The position numbers were made by a program, and so were the translations under genes. The notes below the pieces were generated by a model. The model did not search any database. It was not told where the DNA came from and saw only the letters and a program-made list of their open reading frames with translations. Below, in pieces: positions 1-8,867 of a DNA stretch of 64,000 nt (the first letter of the stretch is position 1; every line of letters starts with the position of its first letter). The DNA is from Candidatus Altimarinota bacterium (GTDB lineage Bacteria > Patescibacteriota > Gracilibacteria > UBA4473), in assembly GCA_965231215.1 (NCBI GenBank), contig OZ246423.1, positions 544,001 to 608,000 of the forward strand, given 5' to 3'.

Positions 1-16
1 TCTTACGCTAGTTAAA

Positions 17-910
17 ATGTCAACTATCTTTGAAAAACATTTTCAGGCTTGGAGTTGCACCTTTTCACTCGAATTAATTGAATCAAATTGCGACAGTGAA
101 CACATCGTGGCCGAAATTAAAGATCATTTAGATACCTATGAAAAAACTTTCTCTCGTTTCAAACCTGAAAGTTTAGTATCCCAGTTAAATAACGGCAAAA
201 GCATTATTCCGACTCCCCTTTTTGAGAGCGTCCTCTCTGTAGCTACCGATTTAAGTAAAAAGTTGGATAATTCCTGTTTTAACCCTCACATTGATTTAGA
301 AGCTTATGGATATAGCCAAAGCATAGAAACCCAAAACTTCACCAAAGCAAACCCGAAGTTAAGCCCTCTTCCTAAATTTCCAGAAGGACTAGAAAGGCAG
401 GGAAACAAACTTCAACTAAAACCTGGAAGTTGCATAGATTTTGGATCTTTTTTGAAAGGATACCTCTCTGAACAAATAGCTGAAAAATATAAAAACTGTG
501 CCCGAGGGATAATTGTTAATTTTGGGGGAGACATAAGTGTGAGAGGCCGGGATGTGCACAGTAAAAACTTTGACATGGGAATATTCAACCCCATTACTCA
601 CCAAGACGAAATTATTCTCTTAAACAATCAAAGCTTATCCACCAGCGGAACCTATAAACGAAGATGGCATATTGAAGGCGAAGACCATCACCATATTTTA
701 GATCCTAAAACCCATACCAGCAGTGAATCAGAGTTTGTTTCCATTTCATTTTGGGGTTCTAATGGCGCCTTGTGTGATGCCTTAGCCACAGCTTCGTTTA
801 ATACCAATAGTGAAACCTGGGAATCCTGGAAAAACAAATTTAAATCTATTGAATATCTTGCCATTAAGCCCTCAGGAGGGGTTATAAGCTCGGTTCCATT
901 AACGTCATGA
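17..910 (+). CDS. apbE: FAD:protein FMN transferase (ApbE family), no obvious signal peptide
   Basis: Motifs FSRFxxxSxxSxLN, IDFGSFLKGY, VNFGGDI, STSGTYKR, HHILDPKT, CDALATA. Confidence 0.9.
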   Translation: MSTIFEKHFQAWSCTFSLELIESNCDSEHIVAEIKDHLDTYEKTFSRFKPESLVSQLNNGKSIIPTPLFESVLSVATDLSKKLDNSCFNPHIDLEAYGYSQSIETQNFTKANPKLSPLPKFPEGLERQGNKLQLKPGSCIDFGSFLKGYLSEQIAEKYKNCARGIIVNFGGDISVRGRDVHSKNFDMGIFNPITHQDEIILLNNQSLSTSGTYKRRWHIEGEDHHHILDPKTHTSSESEFVSISFWGSNGALCDALATASFNTNSETWESWKNKFKSIEYLAIKPSGGVISSVPLTS

Positions 911-2082
911 AAATACTAGCGCTAGCGGCTACCAACAACAAAAAATCAATTAATAAAAAATTGTTAAAGTATGCCGTAAGCCTCTTTACGGGAAAACATG
1001 AAATAAAAATAATAGACTTAAATGACTATGAAATGCCCCTATTTTCACCAGAAAGAGCTAGCAAAGAACTCCCAAAACCGGCTCAAAAATTTGCTGAACT
1101 CACCCAGTGGGCAGACTTTGTCATGATAAGCTTTGCCGAATACAACGGATCATATACTCCGGTATTTAAAAATCTTTTAGACTGGGCCTCCATCACCAAG
1201 CAAGAATACTGGGGAGGAAAAGATTTATTTTTGATGGCTACATCCCCGGGGGGCCGCGGGGCTCAAAATGTACTGAATGAAGCCAAAGATTTCTTTCCTT
1301 TTATGGGCGCTAATATTGTTGGAACTTTTTCACTCCCTCAATTTGAACAGTTTTTCCAAAATGAGCATATCACCAATGAGAAATTTGATATTCAATTAAA
1401 ACATCAAATAAGGGCTATTGAAAACCCCGTTCAGCACAAAGCCGATTGGGTTGAAAAGCTATTAGAATCCTTAAATTCTGTATGGATCGTTTTAGGCTAC
1501 GGACTATTCTTGTTTATCTCTATTAATGGTCTTCTAGGGGGTCGGTGGTTTGAAATCTCCAGCCATAATATCTTTTGGATCATAGCGATGTTTGCGGCTA
1601 CTTTTACTCTGACGATAAGACCTATTTATGACCTTCTACCCAAATCAAAACGGATAGAATCTATGTTAAAATGGCGCAAAGGAATAGGATTAATTTCTAG
1701 TGGAATTGTCGTTGGATTTTGGATTAGTAGAAACATAGATTTAGATAATCCAGCATGGATTATAAACTATTTTTCGTATGCAAAATGGTCCCCTTCACTC
1801 GAAAATATCTTAGAAAGAATCACCGAAATAACTGCTTGGATATTGTTTTTAATTTCCAATAAATGGCTATCGGTTCATCTAAACACTCTTTGGAAACATC
1901 TACAAAAACTGGCTTATGTTTATTTCTTATCGGCCGCACTCTTGCTAACAGCAGTTCATCAAAAGCCGTACGGAGCTATGTGTTTACTTTTCTTTTTTAT
2001 CGTCTACCAACTCTGGATTTATGAACGCCTAAACCGTGATCTAAAAAGCACAAGTGCTAACCGGCATAGTCAAGCAAGTTAA
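907..2082 (+). CDS. NADPH-dependent FMN reductase fused to an MsrQ/ferric-reductase-like transmembrane domain
   Basis: N-terminal AEYNGSYTPVFKNLLDW and ATSPGGRGA; C-terminal TM helices with TLTIRP, WRKGIGL, LISN, WKHLQKLAY; ATGA overlap with apbE. Confidence 0.8.
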   Translation: MKILALAATNNKKSINKKLLKYAVSLFTGKHEIKIIDLNDYEMPLFSPERASKELPKPAQKFAELTQWADFVMISFAEYNGSYTPVFKNLLDWASITKQEYWGGKDLFLMATSPGGRGAQNVLNEAKDFFPFMGANIVGTFSLPQFEQFFQNEHITNEKFDIQLKHQIRAIENPVQHKADWVEKLLESLNSVWIVLGYGLFLFISINGLLGGRWFEISSHNIFWIIAMFAATFTLTIRPIYDLLPKSKRIESMLKWRKGIGLISSGIVVGFWISRNIDLDNPAWIINYFSYAKWSPSLENILERITEITAWILFLISNKWLSVHLNTLWKHLQKLAYVYFLSAALLLTAVHQKPYGAMCLLFFFIVYQLWIYERLNRDLKSTSANRHSQAS

Positions 2083-2335
2083 GATTGCTGATTTGTAAAT
2101 AGCCGCAACCTAGAACTTATCACAGAGCAAACCAGAAGAACGCTAAATCCGTTTTTTGAAGGAGCCAGAATATCAATTAAGGCCAAAAGTACTTGTAAAA
2201 AGAGCCTCCTCAGGCCGGGGATGGGAATCTCATTTCCTGATGGTAGTCAGCGCTACAACCTTTTCAGTATTAATCTTGATAAGCTGACCCGTCTGCTTAC
2301 ATTAAAAGCCACAAATTTTATAACCCTTAACGCAC

Positions 2336-2968
2336 ATGTACACGCTCTACACTATTCCCGGATCATGCTCTACTGGTATTGCCGTATTGATGGAAAAACT
2401 AAAAGTAGAATACACTTCAATTAAAAGAAAAGATGTTGAAAATTATGCAACAATTGTGCCAACAAATCAAGTGCCTGCACTAAAAACCGAAGCAGGAAAG
2501 ATCATTACTGAAGGCGGAGCAATAGCGCTTTACCTCCTTGAAAAACACGGTCAGAACTTTTTACCTTCTGATTCTGATCAACGCGCAGATTTTTATCAAT
2601 GGCTCAATTTTGCCTATGCCACCATTCACCCTAGCTATTCTAAAATTTTTGCAATCAAGTCCCAGGAATCAATCGATGAAGCTACCAAACAAAAAATAAT
2701 GCAAAACCTAGCCGACAAGTTGTCTGGGGTTTGGAAAATAGTAGATCAGCATTTAGAAGATCGAACCTTTGTTTTAGGGGAAGAACCTTCACATATTGAT
2801 TACATGATGACCATTTATACAAGCTGGAATAATTACTTCCCTGGCACTAAGGTTTCACTAGGCCAAAACATTAATCGCTTAGTAGAAAATGTGACCGCTC
2901 TTCCTGAGTTTAAAGCCGGATATGAAGCCGAAGGGGCCGAATTCAAACCTGCGCCTTCTTCCTCATAA
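2336..2968 (+). CDS. Glutathione S-transferase (beta-class-like)
   Basis: YTIPGSCS, PTNQVPAL, ITEGGAIALYL, HPSYS. Confidence 0.9.
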   Translation: MYTLYTIPGSCSTGIAVLMEKLKVEYTSIKRKDVENYATIVPTNQVPALKTEAGKIITEGGAIALYLLEKHGQNFLPSDSDQRADFYQWLNFAYATIHPSYSKIFAIKSQESIDEATKQKIMQNLADKLSGVWKIVDQHLEDRTFVLGEEPSHIDYMMTIYTSWNNYFPGTKVSLGQNINRLVENVTALPEFKAGYEAEGAEFKPAPSSS

Positions 2969-3059
2969 AGACGGCCTCACCAAAATAGAGCCTAAATTCA
3001 GGGTTTTAGGCAAATACTAAAATTTCCATAATTAAAAGAATCAATATACTCTTTAGTAA

Positions 3060-3254
3060 ATGAAAAAAATATTAATGGCACTCGGGGTTATTATCGGGAT
3101 CTTTGTGGCGATAGCTATTGCCGGATATATAAAATTTGGCCTCTTGGCTGATGACATTTATGTAACAGATCAAAACGGAGAAGTCGTTAATTACAATGAA
3201 CTACAAAAAAAAATAGAAGCTGGCCAGCACCCGGCAGAATGGCCTGTTGAATAG
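3060..3254 (+). CDS. Small membrane-anchored hypothetical protein
   Basis: MKK plus hydrophobic helix; TATACT 9 nt upstream of the ATG. Confidence 0.6.
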   Translation: MKKILMALGVIIGIFVAIAIAGYIKFGLLADDIYVTDQNGEVVNYNELQKKIEAGQHPAEWPVE

Positions 3255-3370
3255 GGCTTCTTGGTATCTATTTATTTGGAGGGGCTTGTGTGGCAGGACT
3301 GCCTGGCCTTTGTTCGAAAGTTTTATCAAGAAGCTAATAATAGCTTTTTGATTAAGCTCATACGCACTAT

Positions 3371-3883
3371 TTAGCGCCAGGCAATTGACGCTTTAGTGTC
3401 TGGGTTCGTAAGCTCCCCTTTCGAAAGATCTACTGACTCTAAACAGAGAGCCTTGATTTCTTCTTCTGCATCATCAATAAATCCACCTTGATCATCTATA
3501 ATCCCATAATCAATTAGAATTTGCTCATACCCAGCCCAGCTATCACGATCATTTTCAAGGTCTAGCGTTGCTGCTAGAACAAAGATTGCATCAGCTACGC
3601 CTGGGCGCGCCGCTTTCTCAAGCATGTAAACAAATCTCCCGCGGACCGAATCTTGCAAAACAATCTCTGTCGCCCTTTTTGCGGCATCAGCTTCTTTAAT
3701 GGCTTCAGCTGCTGCAGCCTCTACAATTTCTCGCGCACCATCAACTCCAAACATAATCGCTTCAGCATCTTCTTTTACTAGCACATCAGGCTGTGTGCAA
3801 AGCTGCTGCAAGGCTACTACCTGCCCTTTAGTCATTGATGTAGCAACAAAGCACAATAGGGCTTTATTAACTCCTGCATCCAT
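3371..3883 (-). CDS. Hypothetical acidic protein
   Basis: 170-aa ORF, no recognised motif. Confidence 0.55.
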   Translation of the reverse strand: MDAGVNKALLCFVATSMTKGQVVALQQLCTQPDVLVKEDAEAIMFGVDGAREIVEAAAAEAIKEADAAKRATEIVLQDSVRGRFVYMLEKAARPGVADAIFVLAATLDLENDRDSWAGYEQILIDYGIIDDQGGFIDDAEEEIKALCLESVDLSKGELTNPDTKASIAWR

Positions 3884-3927
3884 TAATGTTTTAAGAGTAG
3901 GAATATCTAACTCACCTTTTTCAGCGC

Positions 3928-4350
3928 CTAGCTTTTTTGAATTTCAAATTTAATAACTTTCGCGGCTTCGATGGCCTCAGCTGTCTGTTCTTCATTAGCC
4001 ACCTGATATACCTCTAAAATTTTTGATAAAGCCTCTCTATATTGTGCAATATCGTCAGCAAAAACTGCCTGTAGACTATCTTCTTCAACCTCTCTCTCAA
4101 ATAAATCAAGGAGCTCAAGCAACAGTCGGATAAGCTCTCCCAACTTTTCTTTATCTTTTCCCATAGAAAAAACCTTAGCACTTCCGTCCATCAATCCTGC
4201 ACTTGGCCGTCCGTATTCAAACTGAATGCGACACCCCGCGGCTTTAAAACGAAGTTGCAAGGCCATAAAGTCTTCAAATAAATCATCCGAAACCTCAACA
4301 GCTAAGCCATTAACGTCCAAACTTTTACGAATTGAATCATATTTTGACAT
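3928..4350 (-). CDS. Hypothetical acidic helical protein
   Basis: 140-aa ORF with ATG after an AT-rich leader. Confidence 0.55.
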   Translation of the reverse strand: MSKYDSIRKSLDVNGLAVEVSDDLFEDFMALQLRFKAAGCRIQFEYGRPSAGLMDGSAKVFSMGKDKEKLGELIRLLLELLDLFEREVEEDSLQAVFADDIAQYREALSKILEVYQVANEEQTAEAIEAAKVIKFEIQKS

Positions 4351-4420
4351 ATTTAAAATATATTTATTATTCAGAATTTGGGATATAAAGCCAGACGCAC
4401 CAAAAGATGGAATAAAGAGT

Positions 4421-4508
4421 CGAACCGCTCAATTGTCCCCTGTAGTACGGCTTAAAGGGGACTTAAAAAGTGCTAAATGCAACGTGGCAGGCGCTGAAGG
4501 AATCGAAC
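4421..4508 (+). mobile_element. Recombinase C-terminal remnant ending in a 24-bp copy of the tRNA-Trp 3' end (att scar 1)
   Basis: 4485-4508 TGGCAGGCGCTGAAGGAATCGAAC is identical to 6617-6640; 4421-4503 matches 6353-6435 at 70/83 nt. Confidence 0.8.
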
Positions 4509-4585
4509 TTTATTTCTTAATTTAAAATTCGCTTAAAAATATTGTAAGCCAATCAGTTGAGTATTGGTTTTTAAATTAATACACT

Positions 4586-4894
4586 CTATTTCATCTGGGT
4601 CCCCAGCTTCAATAGGGCAGGTTTAAGCTCAAGCGCCGTCTTTCCCAGCCTTGTTAAAGTGTATTCCACCCTTGGAGGAACCTGCTGGTAATCCTTTCGC
4701 GTAATAAGTTCGTATTTTTGCAATAAGCGCAGTTTTTCTATCAGTATTTTTTCGGAAACATCAGGGATACGCTTTTTAATTTCACCATAACGCCTCGTTT
4801 TTTCTAGTTGCAAAAGAATCAGGAACGTCCATTTACTACCTAGAACTTTAAAAGCCTTACGAATCGGACAGCCACTAACATCAAATGATTTCAT
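4586..4894 (-). CDS. HxlR/DUF24 (MarR-type) redox-sensing transcriptional regulator
   Basis: GCPI, LGSKW, ITRKDYQQVPPRVEYTLT. Confidence 0.92.
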   Translation of the reverse strand: MKSFDVSGCPIRKAFKVLGSKWTFLILLQLEKTRRYGEIKKRIPDVSEKILIEKLRLLQKYELITRKDYQQVPPRVEYTLTRLGKTALELKPALLKLGTQMK

Positions 4895-4909
4895 TTGAAA
4901 ATAAAATTA

Positions 4910-4929
4910 TACTTACAAAAAAGTAGGTA
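4910..4929. promoter_or_regulatory. Probable HxlR operator inverted repeat TACTTAC-N6-GTAGGTA, next to a TTGACC -35
   Basis: Inverted repeat with one mismatch in the divergent hxlR/membrane-gene spacer. Confidence 0.55.
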
Positions 4930-4990
4930 CTTGACCATAAGTTAGCTTTGCAATACACTTTCGTCAAATCTATTTTTTTCTAAGAAAATC

Positions 4991-5668
4991 ATGAACAACC
5001 ACCTACCAAAAAGTAAAATCAGGCTATGCCTTGTCACCTTCGCTATCATAGTGGGAATAGTTGGGATTCTTCATGGGAGCGCTGAATTACTGAAGGGATC
5101 CGCTTTGATAGAGAGTCACTCAGTAGAGGCACTACCAGAAAACTGGCCTAATCCTGGATTTTATAGCATGACGAAGGGAAGCCCTGTTTTTTCGGTGCTG
5201 ACAAATATTCCTCATTATGTGCTCGGTCTTTTGGCTATTTCAGTTTCTATTGCTTTAATTGCTTTCGCCGCGACTTTGATGAGAAGATCCAAATTAGGAA
5301 CCAGCTTGTTACTTTTTGCTTTGTTGAGTATCGGGATATTTTTATTTGGGGCCGGTAGAGGCACGCCGGTAGCCATAAGCCTTCCAATAATAATTGTGGG
5401 ACTCCTGTCTATCATGAAAAAAACCAAAAAAGAACGAAGCGAAACCGGTAAAAAAATGATCTTGTCTGCTTTTAATTTTTTCTATGGATTACATATTTTT
5501 AGCTGGGTTTTATTTTTCCCTATTTTGTTTGTGTTTAGTTTTTATGCTGAAATATCACAACCGTTATTCTTATTCGCGTTTCTCAGCATGCCTGTGGCAA
5601 ATTTAGGGGCGTTAATATTTGGGTTTATGTATGACAAAACAATACATCATGAAATTAAATCTATTTAA
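4991..5668 (+). CDS. Multi-pass membrane protein
   Basis: About 6 hydrophobic segments; GILHGxxE motif. Confidence 0.7.
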   Translation: MNNHLPKSKIRLCLVTFAIIVGIVGILHGSAELLKGSALIESHSVEALPENWPNPGFYSMTKGSPVFSVLTNIPHYVLGLLAISVSIALIAFAATLMRRSKLGTSLLLFALLSIGIFLFGAGRGTPVAISLPIIIVGLLSIMKKTKKERSETGKKMILSAFNFFYGLHIFSWVLFFPILFVFSFYAEISQPLFLFAFLSMPVANLGALIFGFMYDKTIHHEIKSI

Positions 5669-6092
5669 AAATTCTTTAATTCCCGCCTGGGTCAATGTCT
5701 TGTTGGTGGTGCTGATAGTGTTTATGGTGGTACAAGGATACGCGTTCTACCTTGATCCTCAATTTCTTGTTGATGCCGGAATAACCACTGACGGGGCACC
5801 AAATCTTAATATTATCTACACCACCGCCGGAAGACTAATGGCTATGGCAGCGGCGTTTATTTTTGTTCTCTACACACAAAACCCGCAGCAGTATTTAGTG
5901 GTACTGCTGCTAAGCATATTTAAAGATACACAGCAAGCGTTTATTGACCCGTTGTTTCCTTATGCCAACGCTGCCTCAGCAGAAGTTGATTTTGGAATGC
6001 ATTTTGCAATCGTTGTTTTGGAGATTTGGGCTTTTATAGTGGTGTATAGAGTGGCAAAACAGAAGGGTCAAAAAACCTTGTACAGTCTATGA
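5649..6092 (+). CDS. Four-helix membrane protein (DUF4267-like)
   Basis: Probable start MKLNLF at 5649; GRLMAM and KDxxQxxxD pattern. Confidence 0.6.
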   Translation: MKLNLFKNSLIPAWVNVLLVVLIVFMVVQGYAFYLDPQFLVDAGITTDGAPNLNIIYTTAGRLMAMAAAFIFVLYTQNPQQYLVVLLLSIFKDTQQAFIDPLFPYANAASAEVDFGMHFAIVVLEIWAFIVVYRVAKQKGQKTLYSL

Positions 6093-6435
6093 AGCTATCC
6101 ACTAAAGACCCTGAGCTTTTTAAAGGCTTTCAAACAGAGTACAAAGAAGTTAATAGAAAGATAAAAATTAGAGAGTCTCAAAGAGATGAAAAAAGGTTAA
6201 CAGAAGACGATATTATAAGGGTTACTGAAAAAACCCTGTATTTTGTCGAACACCTGGACGAATTGGTCTTCAGTACTACCAGCAGCAGAGAAATAGCACA
6301 CTTTTGGGAGCTCATTTTTGAAGAGACCCCAACACTCGAACAACTCAAAATTCGAACCGCCCAATTACCGCCTGTGGTAAGGCTTAAGGGGGAACTTAAA
6401 AGTTCAAAATGCAATGTGGCAGGCGCTGAAGGAAT
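6089..6435 (+). pseudogene. C-terminal fragment of a probable large serine recombinase running into a tRNA-Trp 3' copy (att scar 2)
   Basis: Coiled coil followed by FWELIFEETPTL...RTAQLPPVVRL...VAGAEG, where AGAEG is encoded by the tRNA acceptor/T-stem copy at 6417-6435; no catalytic N-terminus. Confidence 0.6.
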
Positions 6436-6544
6436 ACTCCGTCCTAGATTTATCCTGAATTTATTTCAGGACTTCGTGACGTCGTCGCACAAAAAACAAA
6501 TGCCTACGGCGCTTGTTTTTGTGTTTGCTCCTCGTATCGAACCC
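6417..6544 (-). repeat. Duplicated tRNA-Trp 3' half interrupted at the T-loop by a 102-nt hairpin-rich insert (6436-6537)
   Basis: TGGCAGGCGCTGAAGGAAT-[insert]-CGAACCC versus the uninterrupted sequence at 6617-6642. Confidence 0.65.
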
Positions 6545-6577
6545 AGCACATATGCGGGTCCTCAAACACTAACTATT

Positions 6578-6614
6578 TTAAAACCCAGACAGCCTAAGGG
6601 CTGACTGATTTTTA
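6578..6614 (-). terminator. Hairpin/terminator downstream of tRNA-Trp
   Basis: CAGACAGCC-TAAG-GGCTGACTG flanked by A and T tracts. Confidence 0.55.
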
Positions 6615-6616
6615 AA

Positions 6617-6690
6617 TGGCAGGCGCTGAAGGAATCGAACCCTCGACCTCGGTTTTGGAGACCGATGTTATACCACTTAACTAAGCGCCT
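6617..6690 (-). tRNA. trnW: tRNA-Trp (CCA) with encoded CCA end
   Basis: Reverse complement AGGCGCTTAGTTAAGTGGTATAACATCGGTCTCCAAAACCGAGGTCGAGGGTTCGATTCCTTCAGCGCCTGCCA folds as a cloverleaf; anticodon loop CT-CCA-AA. Confidence 0.97.
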
Positions 6691-6853
6691 TTGTCATTGG
6701 CAGCTAGGTAATTTCGTAAAATTAAATTTTTACTTCAGTCCTTCGCTACCTTCTCCATACCTTACAAAAGCATACTTTTTTTGCCGCTTTTATTGGGTAA
6801 AAATAGAGAGCACGGGTGATCCTAATATTTACTATAAAAAAATCAATACCCCG

Positions 6854-8785
6854 TTATTTCTTTTGTAATATCTGCCCCATGCAAAGTAATGCCGCTACGC
6901 TCCAAGCCTGATTAATACAACCTTTACCCTCTTTAGGTTTAAGACCATCAAAAACTTCACTCACCCCACCAATACATCCATCTTCATAAAAGTGCTCAAG
7001 TAATGGTTTTACTTCTTCCGTTAAACGAGCTTGTGTGTGCTTGAGACCAAATAAATTTTCATGAGCCACCCAGTAGTCAGCCAATAAAAACGGCCAAACC
7101 GTTCCCTGATGATAAGCCCTATCCCTCTCAAACGAGTCTCCTTTATACTCTGGAATAAAGTTTGGATCATCAGGAGCCAGTGTTCTTAGGCCCAAAGAGG
7201 TATAGCAAGTTTCATAAACTTTAAGCAAAACATTCTCCTGTTGTTGTTTACTCAAAGGGGAAAAGGGCAAGCTCACACTATAAATCTGGTTTGGTCGCAC
7301 AGACTCATCCCATCCCTTCCCAGGCACAAAAACATCATTCAAATAATCACCACATACATTCCAAAATGTAGGCTCAAAATGATGTTCAAATTTACTAATC
7401 CAGCTCCCTACATCAAAGTGCAACTTATTGTTGGCCCCTACTTCCTTACTCAAAAACTGATAAATTTTTAGCGCGTTATACCAAAGACAATTAATTTCTA
7501 CTGGGCATCCTGCACGAGGGGTCACTACAAAATCCCCAACCTTCGCATCCATCCACGTGAGTTGTTGTCCACTATGGGCAGCAAAAATAAGCCCTTCTGA
7601 GGTGATCCCAATATTGTGATGTGTGCCTGAAACATGATATCCTAAAATTTCGGTCAGTTGTGGAAATATTTTATTTACAAAAGTGATGTCTTTAAATTCC
7701 CGGTAGTAATACCAAAGAGCCACAAAAAACCATAACGTTCCATCCGCTGTATTATACTCTAAGGCTTCTCCTGTACGATCAGGGAACCGATTAGGGAGTA
7801 GCCCCTCTTTAGCGGAATCTAAAAACCCTTTTAAAATACCCTGAACCTCTTTTTGACCTAAATGAGGCATTAAAAACCGGAGTGAGATTAATGTGTCTCG
7901 AGACCAATCCATAAACCAAGGATATCCAGCTATGACCGTTTTGGATCGAGTTGAAGCCCGATCCACAATAAACTGTTGCGATGAAAAAACCGCCTCTCTG
8001 TACCAAGGACATTTTTTAGATTCTGGAATAGCCTTATAGTGGTCTTCAACCTCTTTAAACACGGTTTTGGGATTCTTTTTTACTGTTTTTTCTGTCGTGA
8101 GAGTAACAAAAACTGTTTCTCCTGGAGTAAGATTTATGACCAGTTTTCCTGGGGTAAAAGCCTCTTCGGTAGACTCAAAACCTCTCGCGGCTTCCTCCGC
8201 ATAGAAAAAATTATAATACCAATCAGGATTAACCTCCCACTGCCCTAGACTAGAATTTATAATACACAAATCATTCACTTTAAGCGTGGTTTTACTCATA
8301 ACTCGAACTGAAAACCCGTCATGCTTATGGGTTAAGTAGTGATGATCTCGCATAACCAAAAGCGGATTCAGATGAAGCTTAAATTTTGATTCCCCTGTAT
8401 TTTTATAAGAAACAATAGTCGTATTTTTACCCGGCCTCATGGTTATCGATTTCACACACTTCCACTGTTTGTTTCCATACTCCCAAACAGGGTAAGGGAA
8501 CCGCGAAAAGTGGTTCAAATAATCATTGTAAGGCTTCTCACTCCCTACATAAATTTCAGTCGAAAGAGGATAAGTTTTGTCTTTGTATTCTAACTTTTCC
8601 ACCATATGAGAAACTATCATTTGCCGATCTGTTGGTGGATTTTGAGCCATGCATAGCAGTCCATGATAACGCCGTGTATGGCCCCCCAAAATAGTACTCG
8701 ACCCATAGCCTCCAAGTCCATTAGTAATCAGCCATTCTTCGGCCATAAGTTCTCTGGCTGCAGGCTTCAAAAGATTTAATTTCAT
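6854..8785 (-). CDS. Glycogen debranching enzyme / amylo-alpha-1,6-glucosidase (GDE_N + GDE_C)
   Basis: EWLITNGLGGY, RRYHGLL, IAGYPWFxDWxRDT, LTWMDAKV, YHQGTVWP, GCINQAWSVA. Confidence 0.93.
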   Translation of the reverse strand: MKLNLLKPAARELMAEEWLITNGLGGYGSSTILGGHTRRYHGLLCMAQNPPTDRQMIVSHMVEKLEYKDKTYPLSTEIYVGSEKPYNDYLNHFSRFPYPVWEYGNKQWKCVKSITMRPGKNTTIVSYKNTGESKFKLHLNPLLVMRDHHYLTHKHDGFSVRVMSKTTLKVNDLCIINSSLGQWEVNPDWYYNFFYAEEAARGFESTEEAFTPGKLVINLTPGETVFVTLTTEKTVKKNPKTVFKEVEDHYKAIPESKKCPWYREAVFSSQQFIVDRASTRSKTVIAGYPWFMDWSRDTLISLRFLMPHLGQKEVQGILKGFLDSAKEGLLPNRFPDRTGEALEYNTADGTLWFFVALWYYYREFKDITFVNKIFPQLTEILGYHVSGTHHNIGITSEGLIFAAHSGQQLTWMDAKVGDFVVTPRAGCPVEINCLWYNALKIYQFLSKEVGANNKLHFDVGSWISKFEHHFEPTFWNVCGDYLNDVFVPGKGWDESVRPNQIYSVSLPFSPLSKQQQENVLLKVYETCYTSLGLRTLAPDDPNFIPEYKGDSFERDRAYHQGTVWPFLLADYWVAHENLFGLKHTQARLTEEVKPLLEHFYEDGCIGGVSEVFDGLKPKEGKGCINQAWSVAALLCMGQILQKK

Positions 8786-8867
8786 AAGTAGGAAAAGTAT
8801 AAGCTAGAAACCCTAAAAAGCCTTTAAATTTAGCTAGTCAAAGCCTCTAAAAAATGGCTGTTATAAA

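Noticed and set aside
2083-2335. Riboswitch or gene in the spacer before the GST
   Set aside because: No recognisable aptamer motif; the open frame lacks a convincing start and overlaps the GST.
3289-3297. Third att copy (TGTGGCAGG)
   Set aside because: Only 9 bp match and there is no recombinase-tail similarity upstream, so chance is sufficient.
6436-6537. Group I intron in a tRNA
   Set aside because: 102 nt is too short, no catalytic core is recognisable, and it interrupts a partial copy rather than the complete gene.
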